Source of the DNA: an uncultured Chlamydiae bacterium | Lineage (GTDB): Bacteria; Chlamydiota; Chlamydiia; Chlamydiales; SM23-39 | Reading direction: 5' to 3' | Assembly (NCBI GenBank): GCA_963730605.1 | Contig: CAVSSM010000001.1 | Location: 512,001 to 576,000, forward strand | DNA length: 64,000 nucleotides | Shown: positions 1-10,106 of the stretch, piece by piece | Numbering within the stretch: position 1 is the stretch's first letter | How the letters are laid out: every line of letters begins with the position of its first letter | Translations under genes and position numbers: made by a program | The notes under the pieces: model-generated | Databases searched by the model: none | The model's input: only the letters and a program-made list of their open reading frames with translations | Told to the model about the DNA's origin: nothing

Positions 1-899
1 GGATCCAGGAATACGGAAGTTTGATAAGGACTTGCGTCTAAATCGAGACATAACTGGTCTTTAGCATCTCTAGTCGTAACTGCAGAATATCCTAGGAGTG
101 AATTGATTGCATGTATCCCACAGAGAGCACCTACCTGGCGCTCATGATAGAAAAATCCATCCTGATCAGGTCCAAAAGGAGTAGGGGTACCGTGATAGGT
201 TGAGATAGCTGGAGGTGCTGGAAGTTCGTTCCCTAATAAAACGATTCGATCATTGGGCTGTAATTTTAAATTTGTTAAATCTCCATCATTTGCAAGACGC
301 CATTGATTGTTCTCTCGATCGAAATATTCGATATTACGTGTTAACCCCATTCTTCTGAAACAATGTAGCGACTTGGATTTAATGATAATGCCTCTTGAAG
401 ATGCTGCGCCTTCGTCGATTAAATATTCCTTCAAAAGAGTCAGATTAATTCGATGAGTACCTCCCACTCTCTTTCTTAGAGTTTCAAATTTGTAAATTGT
501 TGTAACGCCATTCCAATCGTTCTGAAGATGCAATGGCAAAAATTCATTTCCAGCCGCATTTGTCCGTATGTCAAAGGCCTCCGCGAAATCTCGATCTTCT
601 GTCAATCGTGCTTTTTCAAGCAAAGATGCCGTCTGAGCAATATCCGATCTCGCAAAAATTTTTGCCGCGGCGATCACTGTTGGTCTACTATTTGAATTTA
701 AAAAAGATACAGAAGAAGAAAGGTCCTGACTAACTGAAGGGGAAGTGGGAGCATTTACTGGTAACGTAGCGAATGTTGTAAGCGCGGGGGCAATAGCCTC
801 CCCTCCTACAACAACTGTCTGGCAATTGGATTGAGACTGCTGGCTCCTCGTAGAAGCAGGCGTTTCTAAATGATACGGAACAGATGGTAGTGTTGTCAT
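1..899 (-). CDS. Josephin-domain deubiquitinase-like effector, 3' end outside window
   Basis: Translated by hand: ATG at 899 after SD AGGGGA, no stop down to the window edge. S/T/P-rich N-terminus, then FFYHERQVGALCGIHAINSLLG, which matches the Josephin catalytic-Cys motif. Missing from the ORF track because it has no stop codon in the window. Confidence 0.8.
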   Translation of the reverse strand, partial: MTTLPSVPYHLETPASTRSQQSQSNCQTVVVGGEAIAPALTTFATLPVNAPTSPSVSQDLSSSVSFLNSNSRPTVIAAAKIFARSDIAQTASLLEKARLTEDRDFAEAFDIRTNAAGNEFLPLHLQNDWNGVTTIYKFETLRKRVGGTHRINLTLLKEYLIDEGAASSRGIIIKSKSLHCFRRMGLTRNIEYFDRENNQWRLANDGDLTNLKLQPNDRIVLLGNELPAPPAISTYHGTPTPFGPDQDGFFYHERQVGALCGIHAINSLLGYSAVTTRDAKDQLCLDLDASPYQTSVFLD

Positions 900-1054
900 A
901 ATAATTATCCCCTATTTGTTATGTTAATAAATCTTATCACATATATACGAGTATTATAACAAAAAATGTAATTTTACTTCAACAATTTATTTTAATAAAT
1001 ATATAAATTAATTATCCCTGTATTAGCCTATCCAAGTATTCATTCAGGAGGGTA

Positions 1055-1078
1055 TTAGAGACTGTTAACAGTCTCTAA
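1055..1078. repeat. 24-bp perfect palindrome TTAGAGACTGTTAACAGTCTCTAA
   Basis: Self-complementary; lies just downstream of the permease stop codon. Confidence 0.85.
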
Positions 1079-1081
1079 ATC

Positions 1082-2530
1082 TTAACGATTTCTGACTCTA
1101 CTATTTTTAATGCCATAAAAGAAATAGATCACAATACCGAGGAAGAGCCACGCAATGAGCTGGAGCCAAGAGGAGAACGGCAGCATGCACATTTGCGCCA
1201 CACAGGCCAGCACTCCCAGAATCGGCAGCACAGGGACGAATGGAACCCTGAACGACCGATGGATTTCGGGATGGGTGTTCCGAAGCACCAAAACGCCTAA
1301 ACAGACGATTCCAAAAATAAAAAGGGTCGTAATGGAGACGAGCTGAGCCAACACCTCCAGCGGAAATAGGCTTGTGATCGCAGCGACGACGATTGTGGTG
1401 ATGAAGGAACCAAATAAGGGCGTTTTTGTTTTGCTGTGCACCTTGCCTAGAGCCTCAGGCAAAAGGCCGTCCTTGCTGATTGCGAGGAACATGCGGCTCT
1501 GTCCAAGCATTTGGACTAAAACGACTGTTGTCAAGCCGGCTAAGATGGCGATTTTGATGATGAATTTGAACCAGAAGTATTTAGATCCCATGGATTGCAG
1601 CGCAACAGCCATAGGATCGGGGACGTTCAAAAGTTCGTAATGGACAACGCCGACAAGGACGAGGGAGGTGAGAATATAGGCGATGGTGCAAACGAAAAGC
1701 GACCCCAAAATTCCTCGAGGGATGTTTTTTTGGGGATTGACAGAGTCTTGGGACAGGGTCGCCACGGTATCAAACCCGATGTAGGCGAAGAAAACGATCC
1801 CAGCCCCTCTAAAAATACCGCTGAGTCCAAAGTCGCCGAAGGTGCCCGTATTCTCCGGGATGAACGGGATCAAATTGTCCATCTGGATGTAGGGGATGCC
1901 AATCACGATGAAAAGGATGACCGTGCACAATTTGACCACGACCATAGCGTTATTGAAGTAGGCGGCGGCCCTGATGCCGATGGAAATCAAGATGCCTAAA
2001 AATAGGGCCAGGCAAAGGGAAGGAAGGTTGATCACCGCGCCTGTCCAATGCCATCCTGCCTCCGCGCTATAGGCTAGGGGCGCATTGATGAAGTCTGCGG
2101 AAAACGACGCTCCCAAATCTTTGAACAAGTTGACAAAATAACCTGACCAGCCGACCGCTACCGTAGACGCTGAAATCAAATATTGCCCGCAGACGGCCCA
2201 GCCGACGATCCAAGCCGGCAGCTCGCCCAAAGCGACATAAGCGTAAGAATAGGAGCCCCCAGCAATCGGGATTATCGAGGCGAGTTCCGCGTAGCAGAGG
2301 CCAGCGAGGGTGCAGATGATCGCAGCTACGATGAAGGAGATGATGATCGCAGGTCCTGCGTACATGGCTGCAGCTTGCCCCGTGATCACGAAAATCCCTG
2401 CGCCGATGATCGCGCCTATCCCGATCGTAACGAGATGGATAGCTTTGAGATGGCGCTTCAGTTCATGCTGCCCTTTTTCAATCTCCACGAATGAAGACCT
2501 CATCGACTTTCTTTGGAATAAACCTTTCAT
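1082..2530 (-). CDS. APC-family amino acid permease
   Basis: GIGAIIGAGIF, YAELAS..P.AG motifs and about 12 TM segments; likely start MKGLFQRK at 2530. Confidence 0.92.
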   Translation of the reverse strand: MKGLFQRKSMRSSFVEIEKGQHELKRHLKAIHLVTIGIGAIIGAGIFVITGQAAAMYAGPAIIISFIVAAIICTLAGLCYAELASIIPIAGGSYSYAYVALGELPAWIVGWAVCGQYLISASTVAVGWSGYFVNLFKDLGASFSADFINAPLAYSAEAGWHWTGAVINLPSLCLALFLGILISIGIRAAAYFNNAMVVVKLCTVILFIVIGIPYIQMDNLIPFIPENTGTFGDFGLSGIFRGAGIVFFAYIGFDTVATLSQDSVNPQKNIPRGILGSLFVCTIAYILTSLVLVGVVHYELLNVPDPMAVALQSMGSKYFWFKFIIKIAILAGLTTVVLVQMLGQSRMFLAISKDGLLPEALGKVHSKTKTPLFGSFITTIVVAAITSLFPLEVLAQLVSITTLFIFGIVCLGVLVLRNTHPEIHRSFRVPFVPVLPILGVLACVAQMCMLPFSSWLQLIAWLFLGIVIYFFYGIKNSRVRNR

Positions 2531-2655
2531 AATGACCCTCCAAGCCCCCAAATAGGTCAACACTTAAAGGGTTGTCAATCTAAATCTCTGACGGCATGCC
2601 TTTTTCTGGATTATTTTAATCGAGGAAAATTTTGGAAATCTGATAAATTACAGGC

Positions 2656-3091
2656 ATGAACGTTGATTTTGAAAATATTACGCAATCATCCCGCTGGTTT
2701 GATTTTCACCTTTTTGCCCCTTATTATAGGAAGCTGGGAAACATCCGCAACCCTGTCTGGCTTCGCCTAGGGGCGCCTCTCATCGGTGTCGGAGACGGCG
2801 CAATCAGCGCCGCGCAAGCAGCCGCCGGGTTTGGCGAAGCCGTCTTGAAAGGGGTGGCAAATAGCTTTCGGGGAGCAGCAAATCGGGATAGCAATCTCTT
2901 GAAGAAAGGGATTCTTCAAATTGGGCTTGGAGGAGGATCTATCGCCCTCTTTTTCGATCCCGATCGTTGTGGTCCGTTCCCTTCGGATAACGGCCATCAT
3001 GGCCTATGACCCAGCCTCTGCCATTTCCGAGCTGCGGCAAAAACTGCCCGCTTGCCGCCCCGCGCCCATCATACTAAAGCCGCAGTACTAA
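2656..3091 (+). CDS. hypothetical membrane protein with probable frameshift near 2950
   Basis: 117-aa ORF whose hydrophobic reading continues in another frame after a T-run (SIPIVVVRSLRITAIMAYDP...*). Confidence 0.5.
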
Positions 3092-3204
3092 GGCTTGCCC
3101 GTTTTCAGGAGCTTTTTTTCTTGCTTCTTTGCCTTGCGCTCTTTGGGCGTCATCGTAGGTTTTTTTCTTTCATCTTTCCGGTGTTTCACGATTTCTTTGG
3201 TCAT
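3088..3204 (-). CDS. 38-aa lysine-rich small protein
   Basis: Strong SD (CAGGAGG) before ATG; MTKEIVKHRKDERKKPTMTPKERKAKKQEKKLLKTGKP*. Confidence 0.65.
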   Translation of the reverse strand: MTKEIVKHRKDERKKPTMTPKERKAKKQEKKLLKTGKP

Positions 3205-3366
3205 AAAAACCTCCTGTTCGTTGTTAACGCGCGTTTGTTATATAAAACTACCCTCTTGACCACAAAATTATCAAGAGGCGCGTCCTCGAAAAAGATCCCG
3301 CGGCGCTTTTCTCTATTGAAATAGTCAGCCTTGCAATGATATAAGAGAGCATAGGACGGCTCATCC

Positions 3367-4254
3367 ATGCATAAACAGTTCTTCCGATTCGCAATGCTCT
3401 TGGGGCTCTTTTTCCTCGCCTCGTGCGAAACGAATCAAACCATCGTCAACAACATCTCCGAACGGGAAGCGAATGAAATCGTCGTTTACCTCGCCTCAAA
3501 GGGAATAGAAGCCCAAAAAGTCGTCGCCCCGACCACGGGAGTCGGCGGCGCCGCGACCACCAACCAATACATGATTGCGGTGGCATCGGATAGATCCACC
3601 GATGCGATGGCGATCTTGAACAAAGTGGGCCTGCCGAGGCGGCAAGGGACAACCTTGCTCGACCTTTTCGCAAAGTCGGGGCTCATGTCCTCTACTTTGG
3701 AAGAAACGGTCCGGTATCAGGCGGGGCTCGCGGAAGAATTGAAGAACACCATCCTCAAAATCGATGGCGTCATAGATGCCGATGTCCAAATCTCTTTTCC
3801 GAATGCGACGGGCGGCGGGGCTCCGGCGGCCCCAGGCGCGCCCCAGCAGAAGATTACCGCTGCCGTCTACGTGAAGCACCAAGGTATTTTAGAAGACCCG
3901 AACAGCCATATCGAAATCAAAATCAAACGATTGATGGCAGGAAGCGTCAGCGGCCTCAACTACGATGATGTCGCGGTCATCTCCGATCGGTCGAGATTCG
4001 CCGACATCACATTGACTCCGGAGAGAGAGCCGATTGGACAAAAGGCGCTGCAAACGCACGTCAGCATCTGGGGCCTTGTCATGACCCAAAGTTCGATCGC
4101 CCGCTTCCGGATTATCTTCTTTCTCTTCATCATCCTTCTTTTGCTCTCTCTTGGGCTGATCGGCTGGCTGATTTACAAATTTTACCCCTACTTGAAGTTC
4201 CCTTTTATGAAGGGAAAAGAGCCAACGCCGCCTGAACTCCCGCCGAACGTATGA
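3367..4254 (+). CDS. sctJ: T3SS inner-ring lipoprotein SctJ/CdsJ
   Basis: Lipobox LASC, EREANEIVVYL, IDGVIDADVQISFP, C-terminal TM segment. Confidence 0.95.
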   Translation: MHKQFFRFAMLLGLFFLASCETNQTIVNNISEREANEIVVYLASKGIEAQKVVAPTTGVGGAATTNQYMIAVASDRSTDAMAILNKVGLPRRQGTTLLDLFAKSGLMSSTLEETVRYQAGLAEELKNTILKIDGVIDADVQISFPNATGGGAPAAPGAPQQKITAAVYVKHQGILEDPNSHIEIKIKRLMAGSVSGLNYDDVAVISDRSRFADITLTPEREPIGQKALQTHVSIWGLVMTQSSIARFRIIFFLFIILLLLSLGLIGWLIYKFYPYLKFPFMKGKEPTPPELPPNV

Positions 4255-4266
4255 GGGGGCCGCCGC

Positions 4267-4332
4267 TATACGCAAGTAACCCGAAGAATCGGAAATTTGA
4301 GTATATGCTGCGACCATTCAAAAAGAGTGAAA
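4267..4332. repeat. fused remnants of palindromic-element termini (family A-like, then family C-like)
   Basis: TATACGCAAGTAACCCGAAGAATCGGAAATTTGA resembles the start of 15161; TATGCTGCGACCATTCAAAAAGAGTGAAA resembles the start of 20564. Confidence 0.65.
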
Positions 4333-4333
4333 T

Positions 4334-5191
4334 ATGATCAATTCCAGCGAATGGGTGTTGAAAGCCATCTTGAACCGCTATCCAGCGAGCACTCGAGAAT
4401 CGCTGGCACGCTTTTTGCCGAAGGCCGAAAGAGACCGGCTCGACGCCATGCCCTCCACGACCCTTGAGACGGATGTCGAAGAACCTCCTCTTTTGGAACG
4501 GGTCCACTGGTCTTGGCTTCTTCCCACGCTGGAGTCGCAATCTCCCCGGGAACAAAAGTTGTTCTTAAGCGCCCTTCCTCTTCAAGTAAAAGAAAATTTA
4601 TGCCGTGAATTGAAAATCAAAGCGCCTCCAAAAGAGGAGTTAAGCAAAGCCTTTCAAGAGTTTGCCGTCCAGACGTTTTCGGAAAGTTTGACTGGCGAGC
4701 CCGTGGAGCTTTTGCCGGTCTACTTTCTGCCCCCAACCCCCTTATCTCGTTTGCTCCATCTCGATAAACAAAAGCTCGTACAACTGATCGATGCCCTCGC
4801 TTTGAACGACCTTGCTTGGGAGCTCAGGCAAATTGTAGAGACAAAAATCCTGAAAAAAATCTACAGTTTCTTATCTGAGGAGGAGAAGAAGTCCCTGAAA
4901 AAAGCGGTAACCCACAAAAAAGCAACTCCCGTTTCCCGCCTTTCTTTGGAAAAGTGGAACGGGACGGAAGAGTCGCTCAGGCTCCTCTTGCATCGAAGAG
5001 GGCTCGCCCGCTTTGGCGCCGCTCTCTCCGCGCAGCATCCCGATTTCATCTGGTACATATGCCATCAACTCGATATTGGAAGAGGCAAAGCGCTCGAGAA
5101 GCTCTCTCTTTCCAATGCTGCCTCTGATGCGGCCCGGCGCGCGGACCCTGCGATCATCCGCCAGATCGAAGAATTCTTGCAGGAGACTTAA
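4334..5191 (+). CDS. sctK: T3SS SctK-like protein (CT560-like)
   Basis: Position between sctJ and sctL; VHWSW and LHRRGL..F..AL...HP..IWYI.H.LD.GRG motifs. Confidence 0.8.
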   Translation: MINSSEWVLKAILNRYPASTRESLARFLPKAERDRLDAMPSTTLETDVEEPPLLERVHWSWLLPTLESQSPREQKLFLSALPLQVKENLCRELKIKAPPKEELSKAFQEFAVQTFSESLTGEPVELLPVYFLPPTPLSRLLHLDKQKLVQLIDALALNDLAWELRQIVETKILKKIYSFLSEEEKKSLKKAVTHKKATPVSRLSLEKWNGTEESLRLLLHRRGLARFGAALSAQHPDFIWYICHQLDIGRGKALEKLSLSNAASDAARRADPAIIRQIEEFLQET

Positions 5192-5815
5192 GTGAAGCTG
5201 TTTTCCCTGATCTCCGGCAAAGAAGTGCGGACCCTCCCAGGAAAAAAAAGGATTCCGGCTAAAGAATTTTCGATCATCCAGGAAGCGGCAGAAATCCTCG
5301 AGAAAGTGGAAGAAGAAACGGACGAGCTCAAAAAGAAGGCAAAGCATGACGCCAAAGAGGAAAAAAAATTGGGATTCGAAGAAGGCTTCCAGGAAGGGCT
5401 CGAATCGTTCAACAAACATCTCATGACCCTCGATGCGGAATTAAAAGAGCTTCGGGACGAGATCCAAAAAAAAATGCTCCCGCTGACCTTGTCGGCTGCC
5501 CGCAAGATCATCGGGGAGGAATTGAAGATCCATCCCGACAGGATCGTCGATATCGTCCTCAATTCCCTCAAACCAGTCACTCAACATAAAAAAATCGTCA
5601 TCTATGTGAATAAATCGGATCTTAGTGTCCTCGAAGAGGAGAAGCCGAAAATCAAAAAAATCTTCGAGCATCTTCAAAGCTTATCGATCCAAGAACGGGA
5701 CGATATCGAACCGGGGGGCTGCATCATCGAGACGGAAGCAGGAATCATTAACGCTCAACTCGAAAACCAATGGCGAGCTCTCGAGTCAGCCTTCGAATCT
5801 TTCATGGGCAAATAA
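5192..5815 (+). CDS. sctL: T3SS stator SctL/CdsL
   Basis: GFEEGFQEGL repeat and PGGCIIETEAGIINAQLENQW. Confidence 0.95.
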   Translation: MKLFSLISGKEVRTLPGKKRIPAKEFSIIQEAAEILEKVEEETDELKKKAKHDAKEEKKLGFEEGFQEGLESFNKHLMTLDAELKELRDEIQKKMLPLTLSAARKIIGEELKIHPDRIVDIVLNSLKPVTQHKKIVIYVNKSDLSVLEEEKPKIKKIFEHLQSLSIQERDDIEPGGCIIETEAGIINAQLENQWRALESAFESFMGK

Positions 5816-6612
5816 TGATAAAATGGCTCGTTATCCTTCTTTTTGCGGCCTCCCCGCTGCTGGCCCAAAATGCCTCCCCTCCTGGGCAAACCCCTGTAGG
5901 CAAGGCCGTAGCCCAATCCGTGCAGGCCACTCCCGAGGGCGCCGTCAATCCGTCCCTCGTCACGAAACTCGCAGTTCTCGCCGGATTATCGCTCCTCCCC
6001 TTTGCGATCATGCTTCTCACCTCTTTCATGAAGATCGTAGTCGTCTTATCCATGTTCCGCCAAGCCCTCGGGGTCCAACAGACTCCTCCCAACCAAGTGC
6101 TCAATGGCGTCGCTCTGCTCATGACGATTTATGTCATGTTCCCGACCGGACTTGCCATGTACACTGCAGCGCAAGGAGTCATCGACAACTCAGGGACGCT
6201 GCCCGTGATGTCGAGCAGCACCGCCTTTTTCGTCGTCAACGTCGTCGAGAAAGCAAAAGAGCCGCTCCGGGATTTTCTGCAAAGGAACTGCAGCGCTAAG
6301 CACATCCAGAGTTTTTATCAACTGGCCTACAGGATCTTTCCGGACCCGTTTAAATCCCAATTGAAAAGCGATGATTTCATCATCCTGATCCCTTCTTTCA
6401 TCACAAGCCAGCTGAAGAGCGCTTTCGAGATCGCTGTGCTGATTTACCTCCCTTTTTTCGTCATCGATATGGTCGTCTCGAATATTCTCCTTGCCATGGG
6501 CATGATGATGCTCTCTCCCCTCACGATCGCTTTGCCCATTAAGCTGCTGCTTCTCGTGATGGTCGATGGATGGACTGTCTTGATCCAGGGCCTTGCGATG
6601 TCCTTTAGATAG
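5815..6612 (+). CDS. sctR: T3SS export apparatus SctR
   Basis: TSFMKIVVVL, QQTPPNQVL, YLPFFVIDMVVSNILLAMGMMML. Confidence 0.96.
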   Translation: MIKWLVILLFAASPLLAQNASPPGQTPVGKAVAQSVQATPEGAVNPSLVTKLAVLAGLSLLPFAIMLLTSFMKIVVVLSMFRQALGVQQTPPNQVLNGVALLMTIYVMFPTGLAMYTAAQGVIDNSGTLPVMSSSTAFFVVNVVEKAKEPLRDFLQRNCSAKHIQSFYQLAYRIFPDPFKSQLKSDDFIILIPSFITSQLKSAFEIAVLIYLPFFVIDMVVSNILLAMGMMMLSPLTIALPIKLLLLVMVDGWTVLIQGLAMSFR

Positions 6613-6624
6613 GGATTTAAGAAA

Positions 6625-6903
6625 ATGTTTCAAACTGAAATTTTCCAACTGACCTATCAAGCCTTGATGCTTATTTTAATCCTCTCCGGCCCTCCCATCA
6701 TCATCAGCATGATCTTGGGTCTTCTCGTTGCTATTTTCCAAGCGGCCACCCAGATCCAGGAACAGACCCTATCTTTTACCGTGAAGCTGTTCGCGGTGGT
6801 CTTTACCATCATCCTCTTAGGGGGATGGCTTGGAGCCCAGGTCATGCAATACACCAATACGATCCTAACCAGCATTCCTCGCTGGGCGACCGCCTCATCA
6901 TGA
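6625..6903 (+). CDS. sctS: T3SS export apparatus SctS
   Basis: FQAATQIQEQTLSF. Confidence 0.96.
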   Translation: MFQTEIFQLTYQALMLILILSGPPIIISMILGLLVAIFQAATQIQEQTLSFTVKLFAVVFTIILLGGWLGAQVMQYTNTILTSIPRWATASS

Positions 6904-7763
6904 ACACCTTTACCGCCACTGAAAGCTACATTTCGCTGCTTCTTTCCCTCCCCAACTTGCAGCCCATGACCGTCCTGTCTATTTTCTTTTTAACTCTGGG
7001 AAGGGTCCTTCCGATCGTCAGCCTTGCCCCCTTCCTCGGGTCGACAAACGTGAAGGGACCGATGCGGATCGGCTTTTCTCTCGCTCTCGTCGCGATTTTC
7101 CTTCCCCAGAACCTTTTGGTCGTTCACGGCGAAATCCCTTTTTCATCGGCCTTTATCGGCTACTTCCTGAAAGAGCTCCTCGTCGGATTCATCTTGGGAT
7201 TTCTCGCCACGGTCCCCTTCGTGATCGCGCAGATGGCGGGGAGCCTGATCGATTTCCAGCGGGGGGCGTCTTCTCTCCAAGTATCCGATCCTACGACCCA
7301 AACGCAAACGGGACCCATCGGCCTTCTTTTTAATTTCGTCCTGATCGCCCTCTTTTTTTCTTTCGACGGCCCATTTCTCTATCTCAACGGAGTCGCCGAT
7401 TCCTATCGGCTGATTCCAGTCGATGGGATTATCAGCACTGCAGCGGTGAACTCACAAATTCCTTTTTGGAAACAGGTCTATGGCCTGGCCGGCATGATGA
7501 TGAGCATCGCCACCCAACTTTCGGCTCCCGCGCTCATCGGGATCCTGCTCACCGACCTATTTCTTGGAATCGCAAACCGCCTCGCACCCCAGGTACAGAT
7601 CGTTTTTCTTGGGATTGCGCTGAAGTCTTGGGTCGGCATCGCCTTGCTGACCGCTGCGTGGGGCATGATGATTCAGGTGATGAGCAAACAATCGATCAGT
7701 TGGTTCCAGGCGCTGAATTGGATGATCCAAACCATCGGACAGTCCTATGTTAAAAGCAGTTGA
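6900..7763 (+). CDS. sctT: T3SS export apparatus SctT
   Basis: AGSLIDFQRG, NRLAPQVQI; ATG overlaps the sctS stop. Confidence 0.95.
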   Translation: MNTFTATESYISLLLSLPNLQPMTVLSIFFLTLGRVLPIVSLAPFLGSTNVKGPMRIGFSLALVAIFLPQNLLVVHGEIPFSSAFIGYFLKELLVGFILGFLATVPFVIAQMAGSLIDFQRGASSLQVSDPTTQTQTGPIGLLFNFVLIALFFSFDGPFLYLNGVADSYRLIPVDGIISTAAVNSQIPFWKQVYGLAGMMMSIATQLSAPALIGILLTDLFLGIANRLAPQVQIVFLGIALKSWVGIALLTAAWGMMIQVMSKQSISWFQALNWMIQTIGQSYVKSS

Positions 7764-8820
7764 AACGCTCAAGATCCCGTCCCAAAAGATCGAAGTCGAG
7801 ATTGTGATCGGCGCATACGTTTTAAAAAGCTTACCTCAATCCAAAATCTTAAGGACTGCGGTCATTACGGATGCCGCCATTGCCTCTACCTACGGGAAAA
7901 AGGTAGCGCAGCTGTCGGGAGGAGAGCTTTTTTCTTATTCCGGCGGCGAGGAGGCCAAGACTCGGGGAACCAAACAGAAATTTGAAGATGAACTTCTCCA
8001 AAGAAAATTTGGCCGCGACACCCTGCTGATTGGCGTTGGCGGCGGGGTCGTCACCGATTTTACCGCCTTTCTCGCCGCGACCTATATGCGTGGGGTGCCA
8101 CTCATACTCATCCCGACGACTTTGCTTGGCATGGTCGATGCCGCAATCGGCGGCAAATGCGGGGTCGACACACCTTTCGGGAAAAATCTGATCGGAGCCA
8201 TCTATCATCCAAGCCATATCTTCATCGATCCAACGCTACTGTCCTCTCTTCCAGAACAAGAATGGACTCACGGCCTTGCCGAGATCCTCAAATACGGCCT
8301 CATCGCCGACCCTTCGATCTGGGAGCTTTTAGAAAAAGACCCTCCGAATTGGAAAAAATCGCTCCCCTCCCTCCTTCTTTCTTCGATTCGGGTCAAAAAA
8401 AACGTTGTCGAAAAAGATCCGAGAGAGGCGCTGGGCTTAAGAAGAATCGTCAATTTCGGCCACACCGTGGCCCATGCCCTGGAAATGATCTCTCATTACA
8501 AAATGCCTCATGGAGAGGCGGTCGCCATCGGCTGTCTTGCGGAAAGCTCATTAAGCCACCGGCTCGGATACTTGAGCCAACATGACCTGACCCGTATCAA
8601 AACCCTCTTTCGGAAATTTCCGTTTTCCTTCAAACTACCCCCGCAGTTTGCCGTCAAGGCATGGCTCGAGGCGATGCAGATCGATAAAAAGGCAAAAGCG
8701 GGAGAGGCCCGGTTTGTCCTGATCGACCAAATCGGCCACGCCGTTCCCTTCGACGGAGAGTATTGCCGAACTGTTCCTATCCAGGAATTGGAAACGCTGG
8801 TCCAAGAGGCGCTAGAATGA
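7747..8820 (+). CDS. aroB: 3-dehydroquinate synthase
   Basis: GGGVVTD, PTTLLGMVDAAIGGK, NFGHTVAHALE, HGEAVAIG. Confidence 0.96.
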   Translation: MLKAVETLKIPSQKIEVEIVIGAYVLKSLPQSKILRTAVITDAAIASTYGKKVAQLSGGELFSYSGGEEAKTRGTKQKFEDELLQRKFGRDTLLIGVGGGVVTDFTAFLAATYMRGVPLILIPTTLLGMVDAAIGGKCGVDTPFGKNLIGAIYHPSHIFIDPTLLSSLPEQEWTHGLAEILKYGLIADPSIWELLEKDPPNWKKSLPSLLLSSIRVKKNVVEKDPREALGLRRIVNFGHTVAHALEMISHYKMPHGEAVAIGCLAESSLSHRLGYLSQHDLTRIKTLFRKFPFSFKLPPQFAVKAWLEAMQIDKKAKAGEARFVLIDQIGHAVPFDGEYCRTVPIQELETLVQEALE

Positions 8821-10106
8821 CTCAATATCTCATCAAACCGAGCCAGATCTCTGGCCGTCTTACACTCCCCTCGTCGAAATCCCATACTTTGCGGGCTCTC
8901 ACGTTTGCCCTCATGGCCAAAGGGGTGAGCCATATTCGGAGCTACCTTCCTTCTCCCGACACGAATGCCATGGTCAAAGCCTTGCGCCTCCTTGGGGCGG
9001 TTGTCGATGTGACGGATCATGAGATCGCCGTCGACGGAACAGCAGGAAATTTAAATAGAGCTGAAGATGTGATCGATTGCGGCAATTCCGGCCAAGTGCT
9101 CCGCTTCATCGGGGCTCTCTCGGCACTCATGCCGAATTACACAATTCTGACGGGGGACCACTCGATCCGGCATAACCGTCCAGTCATTCCCCTTCTCGAT
9201 GGCCTAACCCAACTTGGAGCTTTCGCAGCCTCTAGCCGAGGGGATGGGTTTGCCCCCATCATCGTCCGCGGCCCTCTCACAAAAGATAAGGCGACGATCT
9301 TAGGGGTAGATTCGCAGCCGGTCTCCGGTCTTCTCATCGCAGCCTGTTTCGGTCCCCATCCTATCGTATTGCATGTGGAGAAGCCCGGAGAAAAACCGTG
9401 GATCGGCCTCACTCTCCATTGGTTCGAAAAGCTTGGGATTCCTTACGCAAATGAAAACTTCGAGCGTTACGCCCTGCAAGGCAGATCGAACCTCAAAGCT
9501 TTCGACTATATCGTGCCTGGAGATTTCAGCTCGGCGGCATTCTCCATCGCCGCGGCGCTTGTCACCCACTCGGAACTGACGATCTTACCCGTAGATATGG
9601 ACGATCCCCAAGGCGATAAGGCGATATTGCCCCTTCTCGAACAGATGGGAGCCCGTTTCGAAATCGCCACCCGTGAAAAGACGCTCACCGTAAAAAAGGG
9701 GGGCCGTCTCAAAGGAGCTAGGATCGATTGCAACGATTTCATCGACGCGCTGCCGATCCTTGCCGTCATTGGCTGTTTTGCCGAAGGAGAGACCGAGCTT
9801 GTCAACGCCTTGATTGCCCGCAGCAAAGAATCTGATAGGATCCACTGCATCGCGATCGAGCTCAAAAAAATGGGGGCCCAGATCGAAGAGAGACCTGATG
9901 GCCTCCTCATTCGCCAATCGAAACTGCAAGGGGCAAAAGTAGAAACGCATCACGATCACCGGCTCGTGCTTGCCCTATCGGTGGCTGCGATGGGCGCCTC
10001 GTCTGGCGAGAGCGTCATCGTGGGGACGGCCGCCGCGGGAAAAACCTATCCCGGATTCCTCAAAGATTTCCAGGCTATCGGGGCAAAGATCGAGGCTATT
10101 CAATGA
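8817..10106 (+). CDS. aroA: EPSP synthase
   Basis: PSSKSHTLRA, DCGNSG, RSKESDRI, HHDHRL. Confidence 0.96.
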   Translation: MTQYLIKPSQISGRLTLPSSKSHTLRALTFALMAKGVSHIRSYLPSPDTNAMVKALRLLGAVVDVTDHEIAVDGTAGNLNRAEDVIDCGNSGQVLRFIGALSALMPNYTILTGDHSIRHNRPVIPLLDGLTQLGAFAASSRGDGFAPIIVRGPLTKDKATILGVDSQPVSGLLIAACFGPHPIVLHVEKPGEKPWIGLTLHWFEKLGIPYANENFERYALQGRSNLKAFDYIVPGDFSSAAFSIAAALVTHSELTILPVDMDDPQGDKAILPLLEQMGARFEIATREKTLTVKKGGRLKGARIDCNDFIDALPILAVIGCFAEGETELVNALIARSKESDRIHCIAIELKKMGAQIEERPDGLLIRQSKLQGAKVETHHDHRLVLALSVAAMGASSGESVIVGTAAAGKTYPGFLKDFQAIGAKIEAIQ

